In this document: positions 49,233 to 60,949 of the stretch, piece by piece
Position numbering within the stretch: the first letter of the stretch is position 1
Layout: each line of letters opens with the position of its first letter
DNA from: Macrostomum hystrix
Lineage: Eukaryota; Animalia; Platyhelminthes
Assembly: GCA_950097015.1 (NCBI GenBank)
Contig: CATNEN010000029.1
Location: 5,022,001-5,086,000, forward strand
Length of the DNA stretch: 64,000 bases
Reading direction: 5' to 3'
Program-made: the position numbers and the translations under genes
The notes under the pieces: generated by a model
What the model was told of the DNA's origin: nothing
The model's input: the letters and a program-made list of their open reading frames with translations, nothing else
Database searches by the model: none

Positions 49233-52200
49233 ATGGCACTTCTGCGTTGGGGAATCTGTGCCACTGGCAAGATCTCACAGGACTTTGTCAATGCTCTAGC
49301 ATTGAGTCCAGAGAATCACACTGTTGTGGCTGTTGGTGCTCGGGATCCAAAAAAGGCGCATGAATTTGCAGCTCGATTCGGCATCAAGACCGTTGTAGAC
49401 ACATGTGAGGCACTTGGCTCATGCGAAGATGTTGGTGAGTTGCAATTTGCAGTAGCTATGCATTTTTTATAATTTTACTTTAGCTATAGACCATTATAGC
49501 AGTTGCAAAGAATCAACTTTGTAAACTTTAGTGGATCAAGGAATTTTGTAATCATAAAAGAATTGACCTTTTTTATTCAAAACTCACTTTAAATGCAAAA
49601 ATATCTGTAGCTACTTTAATTTGTATCGAGGGTGTTGTAGTCTAGTGGATAGAGCGTCGGACTCACGACTTGAAAGTCGGGGGTTCAATTCCCGACTCAA
49701 CTGGAATAATTTGTTTTAATATATAGTATACATTTTTTCAAATCCACAGACATAGTCTACATAGGCAGCCTCACCCATGTGCACTACGATCACGCGCGCC
49801 ACTATCTGAAGGCCGGCAAGCATGTGCTCTGCGAGAAGCCGATGACCCTGCTCCCAGAGCAGACCGCTGAGCTCATGGCCCTGGCCAAGTCTGTCAACCG
49901 CTTCCTCATGGTGGCCCTGTGGAGCCGCTTCTTTCCTGCTTACACTCGACTGCGTCAGGCTGTGACGAGCGGCGAGCTGGGCACCGTGCGGCTGGTGCAG
50001 GCCAACTTCTGCCTGCCTGTGCCAGAGGTTGCCCGACTGCAGCAGAAGAAAATGGGCGGTGGCACACTGTGCGACTTCGGCGTCTACCTGGTCCACCTGG
50101 CCTGCTGGGTGTACGGCGGCGAGCGTCCGGTCTCCATCACGGCCGCCGGGCACCTCAATGACACTGGCGTTGACCGCAGCGGCAGCATGATTCTTAAGTG
50201 AGATGTTCTTGTCACAACGGGTGTCCTTGTCCCCAATCCTCAGTGTCTGAAAATAGGTATTCCCCAATCCCCTGTGTCTGAAATAGGTATTCCCCAATCC
50301 CCAGTGTCTGACAATAGGTATTCCCCAATCCCCAGTGTCTGACAATAGGTATTCCCCAATCCCCAGTGTCTGACAATAGGTATTCCCCAATCCCCAGTGT
50401 CTGACAATAGGTATTCCCCAATCCCCTGTGTCTGAAATAGGTATTCCCCAATCCCCAGTGTCTGACAATAGGAATTCCCCAATCCCCAGTGTCTGACAAT
50501 AGGAATTCCCCAATCCCCAGTGTCTGACAATAGGAATTCCCCAATCCCCAGTGTCTGACAATAGGTATTCCCCAATCCCCAGTGTCTGACAATAGGAATT
50601 CCCCAATCCCCAGTGTCTGACAATAGGAATTCCCTAATCCCCAGTGTCTGACAATAGGTATTCCCCAATCCCCAGTGTCTGACAATAGGAATTCCCCAAT
50701 CCCCAGTGTCTGACAATAGGTATTCCCCAATCCCCAGTGTCTGACAATAGGAATTCCCCAATCCCCAGTGTCTGACAATAGGAATTCCCCAATCCCCAGT
50801 GTCTGACAATAGGTATTCCCCAATCCCCAGTGTCTGACAATCGGTATTCCCCAATCCCCAGTGTCTGACAATATGTATTCCCCAATCCCCAGTGTCTGAC
50901 AATATGTATTCCCCAATCCCCAGTGTCTGACAATAGGTATTCATAGGTATTCCTCAATCCCCAGTGTCTGACAATAGGTATTCCCCAATCCCCAGTGTCT
51001 GACAATATGTATTCCCCAATCCCCAGTGTCTGACAATAGGAATTCCCCAATCCCCAGTGTCTGACAATCGGTATTCCCCAATCCCCAGTGTCTGACAATA
51101 GGTATTCATAGGTATTCCTCAATCCCCAGTGTCTGACAATAGGTATTCCCCAATCCCCAGTGTCTGACAATATGTATTCCCCAATCCCCAGTGTCTGACA
51201 ATAGGAATTCCCCAATCCCCTGTGTCTGAAATAGGTATTCCCCAATCCCCAGTGTCTGACAATAGGAATTCCCCAATCCCCAGTGTCTGACAATCGGTAT
51301 TCCTCAATCCCCAGTGTCTGACAATAGTTTTCCAGACTATTTCTTTAACGCATTAACACCCACAGGTACTCTGGTGACCGACTAGCCTCTCTTACATGGA
51401 GCCTGGATGTCGGTCCGGCCACAGCGGCACTTGTGCTCGGCGACAAGGGAACACTGAAGGTAATACATTATTTTACTATGCTCAGTTTGTAGAAGATATC
51501 CAAATAAACGTAGTCTAAAAAGTCTCAGAAGTGTTTTTTTTAATAGCTTAATACACGCTAATGCACGCTACTTACAGTAGAGGTTGTAGCCTGTAACAGG
51601 AAGGTCGTAGCCTTGTGGTTAGAGCGTCGGACTCACGACTTAAAGGTCGGGGGTTCGATTCGACTCCACTGTATCGATTTGTGTCCTTAAGCAAAACTCT
51701 TAACTCTGAAATGCTTCAGTTCACCCAGCTGTTAAATGGGTACCAGCATTAGCAGGGGTAATTGAGGGTGGGTGTGGCGTCCCCCCAGTCCATGGACTGA
51801 ACAGCCGTACGCAGTCTTCAGATGCGCCGCGCAATAGCTGCGGCTGTGCTGTCGGCTGCACATCTGGCACGATCGGGGCTCTTTAAATTTCCTGCTTCAT
51901 ATAATACATTTTGTTAGTCCCTTCGACCGATATGTAACGAAAGAAATGAAACTAATCACATCTTCGTCTGCTCGGACACATGAAACTTATCCGCCTGCAG
52001 ATGGAGAACTATTTCTGGTGTCCCATCAAGCTGACGCTGAATGATCAGCTGATCCACCTGCCAACTAAGCCCGCTCGAGAGGGCGAAAATTTCAACTTCT
52101 TTGAAAGTGGCGGCCTTCTCTACGAAGCCGAGCACGTTAAAGAGTGCCTAGACAAAGGTGAGATTATTAGCTATAAGCCATATGCATGAAATATGGCTTT

Positions 52201-55200
52201 AGGATTCTAAGAAATGGGCCTAATTTCTAGGACAAAAACTGTTGGATTCTAGGAAAAATGGCTGCAGTAGGAAGTAAGAAATTTGCTCGTGGCATTTTAG
52301 TAAATTTGGATACAGGCTTCTAAGAAATATGGCTGTAGCATTCTTGGAAATTTGGCTTTAGGATTCTAGGAAATGATAGTTCGAATTTAAGAAAGGTGGC
52401 TGTAGGAATCAAGGAAATATAGAGATCTAGGCAATGTTTGTAGCATTTTTTATTTCCAGTTTTGGAATTCCAACAAAATTTACCCATCGAATTCCAGATA
52501 ATGTTTTGTTCATCGAATTCAACTATATAAGTCTGTAGGATTCAAAGATTTTTCCTATCGTCTTCTAGGAAATGTGTCTGTACGGTTCTAGAAAAGTCTG
52601 TAGGACCTTCGAAAATTTTTTTCCTTATTATCCTTGATAAAATCATTACATGTATTAGCGAATTCTCTCCGCAAGGCTGCTTCAGTTAGATCAAAGCAGA
52701 TTCTAGCCAGCAATTTCGTCTGTTCGCACCTGGGGGCAGATTCACCTGGCCAATTCCCAACTGCGTCAACAAGCGGTTTCGAATGGTCCAAAGAATCTCC
52801 TAGAATCCTAGATGGTCACGCTTTTAGGAGGCCTTTTTCTAAGGGAGTTTTGTATCGTTTTGTGGGATTAAAGATTTTTTTCTGAGGAAAAAGTATAATC
52901 CTTCTACCAAGCAGCTTCTAGATTTATGGCCTGGAACGGGAAGTGGCTGTATCTATATCCCTGCTCGCAGGCTTTAATTGCCAAAACTGTTGCTTTTTTA
53001 TGTTCCGCTAAGCCTTCATTCCTTTTGATGACAAGGGAGTCTAAGTTGAGTTGTTTTATGCTCAAAAGACTAGTCATTTTGTTCCCATGTTTATCTAAGG
53101 TAATTAAGTGCCTGGATAATCGCCTCTCTTACCTGGCATCAGACTAATTACGCAGCAAGAGAATGGATAAGAAACAGGTTGAGTTTGAGTTTGCGGCCTA
53201 GATTATATTGTGCGGCAAATGCAAGGGCTAATGCTTGTTTATAGGAGTTAGGGGGTTTGTTTTTTTTCTTGACGGGCAAATCGTCAGATACCGTAGAAAA
53301 CGTTAGAATTCTACAGCCACATTTCCTAGAATCCTATAGCCACATTTCCTAGAAACCTATTGCCACATTTCCTAGAGTCCTATAGTCACATTTCCTAGAA
53401 TCCTATGGTCACATTTCCTAGAATCCTATAGTCACATTTCCTAGAAACCTACAGCCATTTTTTCCTAGAATCCTATAGTTACATTTCCTAGAATCCTATA
53501 GCCGCATTTCCTAGAATCCTATAGCCATATTTCCTAGAATCCTATAGCCGCATTTCCTAGAATCCTATAGCCATATTTCATAGAATCCTATAGCCACATT
53601 TCCTAGAAACCTACAGCCATTTTTTCGTAGAATCCTATAGTTACATTTCCTAGAATCCTATAGCTGCATTTCCTAGAATCCTATAGCCATATTTCATAGA
53701 ATCCTATGGCCACATTTCCTAGAATCCTATAGCCATATTTCATAGAATCCTATAGCCACATTTCCTAGAAACCTACAGCCATTTTTTCCTAGAATCCTAT
53801 AGTCACATTTCCTAGAAACCAACAGCCATTTTTCCTAGAGTCCTATAGTCACATTTCCTAGAGTCCTATAGTCACATTTCCTAGAATCCTATGGTCACAT
53901 TTCCTAGAATCCTATAGTCACATTTCCTAGAATCCTATAGCCACATTTCCTAGAATCCTATAGCCACATTTCCTAGAAACCTACAGCCATTTTTCCTAGA
54001 ATCCTATAGTTACATTTCCTAGAATCCTATAGCCATATTTCATAGAATCCTATAGCCACATTTCCTAGAATCCTATAGCCATATTTCATAGAATCCTATA
54101 GCCACATTTCCTAGAAACCTACAGCCTTTTTTTCCTAGAATCCTATAGTCACATTTCCTAGAAACCAACAGCCATTTTTCCTAGAGTCCTATAGTCACAT
54201 TTCCTAGAATCCTATAGTCACATTTCCTAGAATCCTATAGCCACATTTCCTAGAAATCTACAGCCATTTTTTTCCTAGAATCCTTTAGTCACATTTCCTA
54301 GAATCCTATAGCCATATTTCCTAGAATCCTATAGTCACATTTCCTAGAATCCTATAGCCACATTTCCTAGAATCCTATAGCCACATTTCCTAGAATCCTG
54401 TAGTCACATTTCCTAAAAATCTACAGCTATTTTTTTCCTAGAATCCTATAGTCACATTTCCTAGAAACCTACAGCCATTTTTCCTAGAGTCCTATAGTCA
54501 CATTTCCTAGAATCCTATAGTCACATTTCCTAGAATCCTATGGCCACATTTCCTAGAATCCTATAGCCACATTTCCTAGAATCCTATAGTCACATTTCCT
54601 AGAAATCTACAGCCATTTTTTTCCTAGAATCCTATAGTCACATTTCCTAGAATCCTATAGTCACATTTCCTAGAATCCTATAGCCACATTTCCTAGAATC
54701 CTATAGTCACATTTCCTAGAATCCTATAGCCACATATGATTAAATCTTATTGAAACAATTCCTAGAAACCTACAGTCATTTTTCTAGAACCACGCAGCTA
54801 TATTTAAAAGAATCTAACGGACCCGTCTTCTACAATCCTGCATTGATTTTCTAAAATCCTATATGCATTTTCTAGAATCCTACATGCATTTCCTAGAACC
54901 ATACATGTATTTCCTAGAACCATACATGTATTTCCTAGAACCATACATGTATTTCCTAGAACCATACATGTATTTCCTAGAACCATACATGTATTTCCTA
55001 TAACCATACATGTATTTCCTAGAACCATACATTCATTCTCTAGAACCCTATATACATTTCCTAGAATCTTACATACATTTCCTAGAATCCAACATGCATT
55101 TCCTACAATCCTACAGACATTTTCTACAATCCTACAGACATTTTCTAGAATCCTATATACGAGTACATTTCCTAGTAATCCACTACATTTCTTTGAATCC

Positions 55201-55463
55201 CACTCAATTTCTTAGAATACAAATTGTTTCCTAGAATCGTACATGGGTTTACTAGAATTCTACATACTCATTTAGCCACGCAGCCATAATCGATGATCCC
55301 AAAAGCACTGCAGCCCATTAAACAGTACAGTACTCGGATGCCTCACCTTGCAGGCCTAATCGAGAGTCCACTTCTGACGCACGCTGAATGCCAACTGATT
55401 CACGACATTCTTGCCGAGGGGCACAAGCAGTTGGGCATTGACTACCACAATCTGGATGCCTGA
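49233..55463 (+). CDS. DHDH: DHDH tandem paralog, copy 2, 336 aa
   Basis: Exons 49233-49434, 49750-50197, 51366-51459, 52001-52157 and 55354-55463. Exon lengths (202/448/94/157/110) are identical to copy 1 and the frame is intact. Confidence 0.93.
49628..49710 (+). mobile_element. SINE family 1, head-only fragment in DHDH2 intron 1
   Basis: gtagtctagtggatagagcgtcggactcacgacttgaaagtcgggggttcaattcccgact matches the family 1 head. Confidence 0.75.
50225..51327. repeat. Minisatellite, 31-bp unit GGTATTCCCCAATCCCCAGTGTCTGACAATA (DHDH2 intron 2)
   Basis: Fills ~94% of intron 50198-51365. Confidence 0.96.
51577..51880 (+). mobile_element. SINE family 1, near full-length copy in DHDH2 intron 3
   Basis: Same head, CORE-like body and 3' domain as the 48847 copy. 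Short duplication of the 5' end (gttgtagcct...gtcgtagcct); no tail. Confidence 0.85.
52185..52620. repeat. Degenerate inverted copies of the 23-bp DHDH2 intron 4 unit
   Basis: gctttaggattctaggaaatg and ggaaaaatggctgcag are reverse complements of units in 53300-54740. Confidence 0.72.
53300..55260. repeat. Minisatellite, 23-bp unit CCACATTTCCTAGAATCCTATAG, with a 21-bp derivative CATACATGTATTTCCTAGAAC at ~54880-55030
   Basis: Direct inspection; the core array is 53320-54735. Confidence 0.94.
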
Positions 55464-55934
55464 AACACTTCCGCGATTCAATTTATTCATTGCAATGTGT
55501 TTAGGCGCTATTAGTTTAGCCAAACATTATTAGTGAAACATTATTGCTTAAGCAATAGAACTCTTGACTAGTTTGATTTCTTGATTTATTTGATTTATTA
55601 AATTCAAAACCGGTTTAAAATTTAAACACAGCCTTTTCAATAAATGTTAAACTCGGCTAGGATTTTAATTTAACGAAAAACACCCTTTTGATGAAAGGAT
55701 TATCGTAATTTTAATTTGAACTTTTTTTCTGCTGTTTCTTACTTACTTCTTTTCAGCCTCGAGTTTGCTCTCAGTAAAGCTTTAGTTCGGAGAAGTTACC
55801 TCTTGTTCACATTTCCTTGGTTTGTCTTCTTTTGTAATCCGAGATGATATCAATAGTATCTGGTTAACTGTGGGTGCACTGCTATTCATAGTTAATGACA
55901 ATCTGCATGGGTACCATCACGCAGCAACTAAATA

Positions 55935-56260
55935 GTGCAAGGATTCAGATCTGGAATCGTAGCTGGAGTCATAGCTGGAATCGTAGCTGGAGTCAGCTGG
56001 AATCGTAGCTGGAGTCAGCTGGAATCGTAGCTGGAGTCATAGCTGGAATCGAAGCTGGAGTCAGCTGAAATCGTTGCTTGAGTCATAGCTAGAATCGTAG
56101 CTGGAGTCATAGGTGGAATCGTAGCTGGAGTCATAGCTGGAATCGAAGCTGGAGTCAGCTGGAATCGTAGCTGGAGTCATAGGTGGAATCGTAGCTGGAG
56201 TCATAGCTGGAATCGAAGCTGGAGTCATAACTGGAATCGTAGCTAGAGTCATTGTTGGAA
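55935..56260. repeat. Minisatellite, 24-bp unit GCTGGAATCGTAGCTGGAGTCATA (dimer of a 12-mer)
   Basis: Direct inspection. Confidence 0.92.
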
Positions 56261-56329
56261 TTGTAGCGGAAGACACGGCTAAAATCGAAGCAGAAGACAT
56301 GACTGCAGTTATCGTATCCAAATTAATTG

Positions 56330-56980
56330 ATGAAATCGAAGCAGAAGACGGCCAGAATCGCAGTAGAAGACTTGACCAGAATTCCATGACCAGTAGAAGT
56401 CATGCCTAGAATCGAAGCAAAATACATGGCTCGTATGGATTGAAGCAGAAGGCATGGCCAGAATCGCAGCAGAAGACTTGGCCAGAATCGCAGCAGAAGA
56501 CTTGGCCAGAATCGCAGCAGAAGACTTGGCCAGAATCGCAGCAGAAGACTTGGCCAGAATCGCAGCAGAAGACTTGGCCAGAATCGCAGCAGAAGGCATG
56601 GCCAGAATCGCAGCAGAAGACTTGGCCAGAATCGCAGCAGAAGACTTGGCCAGAATCGCAGCAGAAGACTTGGCCAGAATCGCAGCAGAAGACTTGGCCA
56701 TAACCGCAGCAGAAGACTTGGCCAGAATCGCAGCAGAAGGCATGGCCAGAATCGCAGCAGAAGACTTGGCCAGAATCGCAGCAGAAGACTTGACCAGAAT
56801 CGCAGCAGAAGACTTGGCCAGAATCGCAGCAGAAGACTTGGCCAGAATCGCAGCAGAAGACTTGGCCAGAATCGCAGCAGAAGACTTGGCCAGAATCGCA
56901 GCAGAAGACTTGACCAGAATCGCAGCAGAAGACTTGGCCAGAATCGCAGCAGAAGACTTGGCCAGAATCGCAGCAGAAGA
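56330..56980. repeat. Minisatellite, 24-bp unit GAAGACTTGGCCAGAATCGCAGCA
   Basis: About 22 near-perfect copies. Confidence 0.95.
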
Positions 56981-57449
56981 CGTATTTAGTATCTAGAATT
57001 TTCGCATCCTCCGTAGAATTCTGCAGCCTAATATTGTTTTTTGCAAGCACTTTTATCCGTATTTTCTTCTTCTAAGATGCTGCAGCGAGACTATAATCTA
57101 TATTTTTGCATTTGCCTAGAGACTAAAGGCGCGTTAAAAATGCATCGGCTCCTTTCATAACGAAAATCTCATAATTATTCCTGTCTTTGAAGTGTGTGCA
57201 AAATTCTGGAAAGAAAGCTCTCAAGCTTTGATAAGAGCTACTTTGATTCTGGTTTATGAGCAACAGAAATCACTACCTATTTTTGCTCACCTATTTCATC
57301 TACTTCTTACATCTAAAGCAGTATGACTAGGCAAAGGTAGTCACATCTAAGACGAGGTCTATTTTTCGACCGTTCAATCCATGGACAAAGTTGAAACAGT
57401 ATATCTTGTCAGTATTCTTATAGTTTGTAGTCCAGGAAAGTTTTAGATC

Positions 57450-57565
57450 TGAGCTTGGGTCTCTGACCAAGTGGTCAGGAGTTCGAATCCCAGCTCATGA
57501 AAAACTATACGTGTCTTCGAGCGAGACAATCTGTGGCGGCCAACCTTCCAGTCCATGGACTGAAT
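57450..57565 (+). mobile_element. Older SINE family 1 relative, internally deleted
   Basis: ggtcaggagttcgaatcccagc, then gtgtcttcgagcgagac, then ccagtccatggactgaa. Confidence 0.55.
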
Positions 57566-57599
57566 AGACCTTAGAAGCCTTTGAATACACTACGCGATA

Positions 57600-57957
57600 G
57601 CTGGAGCAGTGGACACTGGCATTTGGTGACACTAGACCCGCAGCCAGCGAGGAGACAGTTCTGCCCAAACCCAATCCGCTTACGTACTCCTGAGCACACA
57701 CGCACACAGATACTGTACTCAGGCACACGCTCTCACAAGTGTGTACATCTGCCCTGACTTTCTCGTCGTCAGGCAGTGTACGCTCTCTCACTGTGCCTTT
57801 GAGGTTGGCCCTCAATGGTGTAAAATGCACGACAAGACCCTAAAGCCTTCTCTCCGGGGCTGCGTCCCAAATAAATGTGGCCTCGCTGCGGAATCGAGCT
57901 CAGGGACCTTGGTGCGAGAGGCAAACGCGTTAGACCGCTCTGTCACCCACCCATCTA
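57600..57957 (-). mobile_element. SINE family 2 copy with internal insertions
   Basis: Reverse complement matches the 39696 copy: gcggaatcgagctcagggaccttggtgcgagaggcaaacg, gaggttggccctcaa, gtgtgtacatctgccctgactttctc, gacccgcagccagcgagga. Confidence 0.75.
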
Positions 57958-58511
57958 TTATACAATCACTATATTATAAAATATGGGTTTGACAGACTCA
58001 TAGGAGCATGGAGCAGCAATTTTTGTTCAGATAAACTATAGCTGCTCACAAGCAAGACCTGCAAGCATTCTTGCGATGCATGCAGCCCACCCTAGCTCCC
58101 GGATGCTTGAACAAATGCAGCAGCACAGCAATGGCCGCTCTGACAGGAATACAGATAGCAAACAGCTTGACTGGCGGGGGCTACGACGTGCCTGTAGAAA
58201 CTTCATGGCCCTGTGAGATGATATGCCAATCTGATGAGAATATTCTAGGATTAGGAAGTCCAGAGGTGTCTGTTAGATGCTCCCACATCTTACGGAACAG
58301 CTGCAGATTCGCTTCAATGGGGGGTCAGACAAGTCGACTAACCTGTCTGCAATAACTTTCGCTTTTCTCTCTCTCTCTCACTCTCTCCCCTCCCAATGCA
58401 GCCCCGGGACCAATTGCGGTGGGCGAGGGGCTGATTATAAATAAAAGTGCTAGGACAGAGTGACGCTCGCGTTTAGACTGCTTAGGAGGATCATTAGCAT
58501 CATCTGGCAAC

Positions 58512-59702
58512 ATGGTGCTAGGTAAAGCTCTACTGGCCTACCATATTGTGTTAGGCACCGTGTTTACATTTGGCTTTGTCGGCAATCTGCTAGTTCTGCT
58601 TGTGATCTTGTCGCTCAAATCGCCGGCAAATGCTGTTACCAATATCTACGTGCTTAACCTGGTCATTGCCGACTCGCTCCACCTTCTGTCGATACTGCCA
58701 TTTATTCGCCTGTCCATTGTGAAGTCGTGGCTCTGGGGCAACTTTCTGTGCAAGCTGTTCTTCATGAACCACTTTGCTAACTCCAATGTCACCATCTACA
58801 TCATCACCGCCATGAGCTTCGATCGCTACAAGGCCGTGGTGTCGCCGTTCAATTCCGCCCGCTACCGCACCAAGAAGTTCGCCGTCATCCTTCTAGTCTG
58901 CCTCTGGCTCCTGAGCTGTCTAGTTGTAGCGCCGATCTACCTGAACGCCTACGTCGATTCCTTGGAAATGCGTCGCAATGTCACGGACGCCAACGGTACG
59001 ATAGTTGAGGAGCTGCGCCTCGTCTACAGGTGCCTGCACCCAGCGTTGGGCTCAGTTAACCGATCCGAGGGCCTGCTCAAGAAGCTGTTCACCGACACCT
59101 ACTATTTCAGCCGCTACGTGTTTGTCACTGGCTGTGTACTGCCCGGCGTCCTACTCTGCACCTTCTACGCATTGATTCTGCGCAAGCTCTGGCAGATGAA
59201 ACGGTCGCGCGCCTCCGGAGCCCAATCGCAGCAGCGCTTTGAAAAGGTCACCATTCTGGTGGTGGCTGTGGTCACCTTCTATCTGGTCTGCTGCCTGCCC
59301 CACTGGGTCTACATCAATGTGGTCGTTGAGATGAGCGAGTCCATCCGAGCCTGGGCGCCCATTGTGAGCCACATCACCACCCTGCTTGGCTACGTGAACA
59401 GCGCTGGCAATCCTATTCTGTACGCCTTCCTCAACGATAGCTTCCGCGCCTCACTGCGCGCCATCGTGGCCCGCCGTCTGCCAGCCGGTTGGCGGGGCGC
59501 CGGCACCGACGCAGCTGGCGTCAATAACAATCGCAAAGCCGGCGACGACAATGCCGCTGTGGGTCTGCGGGACGCTGCCAACGATGACGAGCCGCTGCCA
59601 CTGCTACCCGGCGGCGCCGCATTCAACACCAGCAACGGCTTGAACTTGGACAAGGCTTCAGTCGGAGTTGATACCCGCATCACTGAGACAGTCATCGATT
59701 GA
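58512..59702 (+). CDS. Single-exon class A GPCR, somatostatin/allatostatin-C/opioid-receptor-like, 396 aa
   Basis: GFVGN in TM1, VTNIYVLNLVIAD in TM2, CK...MSFDRYKAV, CWLP-like CCLPHW, and YVNSAGNPILYAFLNDSFR in TM7/helix 8. Confidence 0.9.
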   Translation: MVLGKALLAYHIVLGTVFTFGFVGNLLVLLVILSLKSPANAVTNIYVLNLVIADSLHLLSILPFIRLSIVKSWLWGNFLCKLFFMNHFANSNVTIYIITAMSFDRYKAVVSPFNSARYRTKKFAVILLVCLWLLSCLVVAPIYLNAYVDSLEMRRNVTDANGTIVEELRLVYRCLHPALGSVNRSEGLLKKLFTDTYYFSRYVFVTGCVLPGVLLCTFYALILRKLWQMKRSRASGAQSQQRFEKVTILVVAVVTFYLVCCLPHWVYINVVVEMSESIRAWAPIVSHITTLLGYVNSAGNPILYAFLNDSFRASLRAIVARRLPAGWRGAGTDAAGVNNNRKAGDDNAAVGLRDAANDDEPLPLLPGGAAFNTSNGLNLDKASVGVDTRITETVID

Positions 59703-60949
59703 GCATTGACATAGCGACCGCGGACAGAAGCGCAGTCAGCCGAAAGAAAGTTTTTGTTCGTTATATAGTTTTTTGCCATTCTTAACAGCAGAAGACCATG
59801 TGCGGATTTCAAATACCCACAGATTTATTTTTTCAGTATCTCCCAAAATATTTAAGCCATTAAGAAGAAACCATTCTTACGATGAAAGTTAGTTCATAGA
59901 AAAGGGCGGAAAAATTGGATTCAGAATGTGGACTTTCACAATAATCGGTCCTTCGTGTAGTAGGCTGTGGGTATTTTAAATACCCGTGGTCTTTCCCCAG
60001 GGGAAATTGCGTGGACTGTTAAAGGCGAAAAATTAGAATGGTTTCAGTGTCAGCTTGTCGGTCCACTAGTCAGTTTTAGAAGAAGTAAAGGAGCGTTTGT
60101 TTTGTCAGCTGTTATTTTACTGACAAATTCTTTAAGTCGTCATTTTGCTTCTCGTGTAGTGTTGTTTGCTAGGAGATTATTATCATGCGTCTCGAGAAAG
60201 CATTCGTGTACTCGCATGATGAAGCTGCCCTCCCGCACGAACAAGAGAGTCTTAAAGACGAAAGGAAATTGAGAAACTGGCGAGCTCAAAGCCTTCTCTG
60301 GCTTTTTTGTGTGGCGGAAATTAAAAAGTAAAGGCCGTTTCCGGTTCAGCGCGGATTCCTTCTCATTTTTGGTCCCCAATTTTCCGTATTGTTTCTAACT
60401 GCACTTCTTCTGTCGACCAGCAATGCCAGTTAAGCATTGCACATGGCTTTGTTGTAGTACTTGTGTCCTATTATCCACATTTGTAGCATTATTCTGTCTG
60501 TCTTAGCAAATCTATTTTCAAAACAAAGCGCTACTGTCAGTGTTGTTCTGTCATTTCTGTCTGTATTGTTGCCAAAGGCTTTAAAAAACTATTTCCATTT
60601 TTATTTATTATTAAATTTGTTCTATTAAACGTAGTCATAGTGATAGCTGTTTAATTTATTCGTCAGTAAACTCTGTTGTGAGTCATCAAATTAATAGATT
60701 AGAAAGATGCTATGTTTAATATATTTCTGCACTATAGTTTTAGTTTGTGTTCAAACCAAAGCACTGATTCGCTTTCCTGTCTTACAATTATTAACAGTTG
60801 AATATTGTTAATAAGCTATACGTGGATATTTCAAATTACCAATTTTTTCTTAGTGTAGTCTTTATAGCTAGTAGACAAAGTGGACACCAGGGTAGGTAAG
60901 GTCGGCAAAAAGTACTAAAGTATTCAAAAAATAGATATTAAAGATAGAT

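Noticed and set aside
58071-58355. 94-aa ORF upstream of the somatostatin-receptor-like GPCR
   Set aside because: No recognisable domain or coding signal; at most a uORF.
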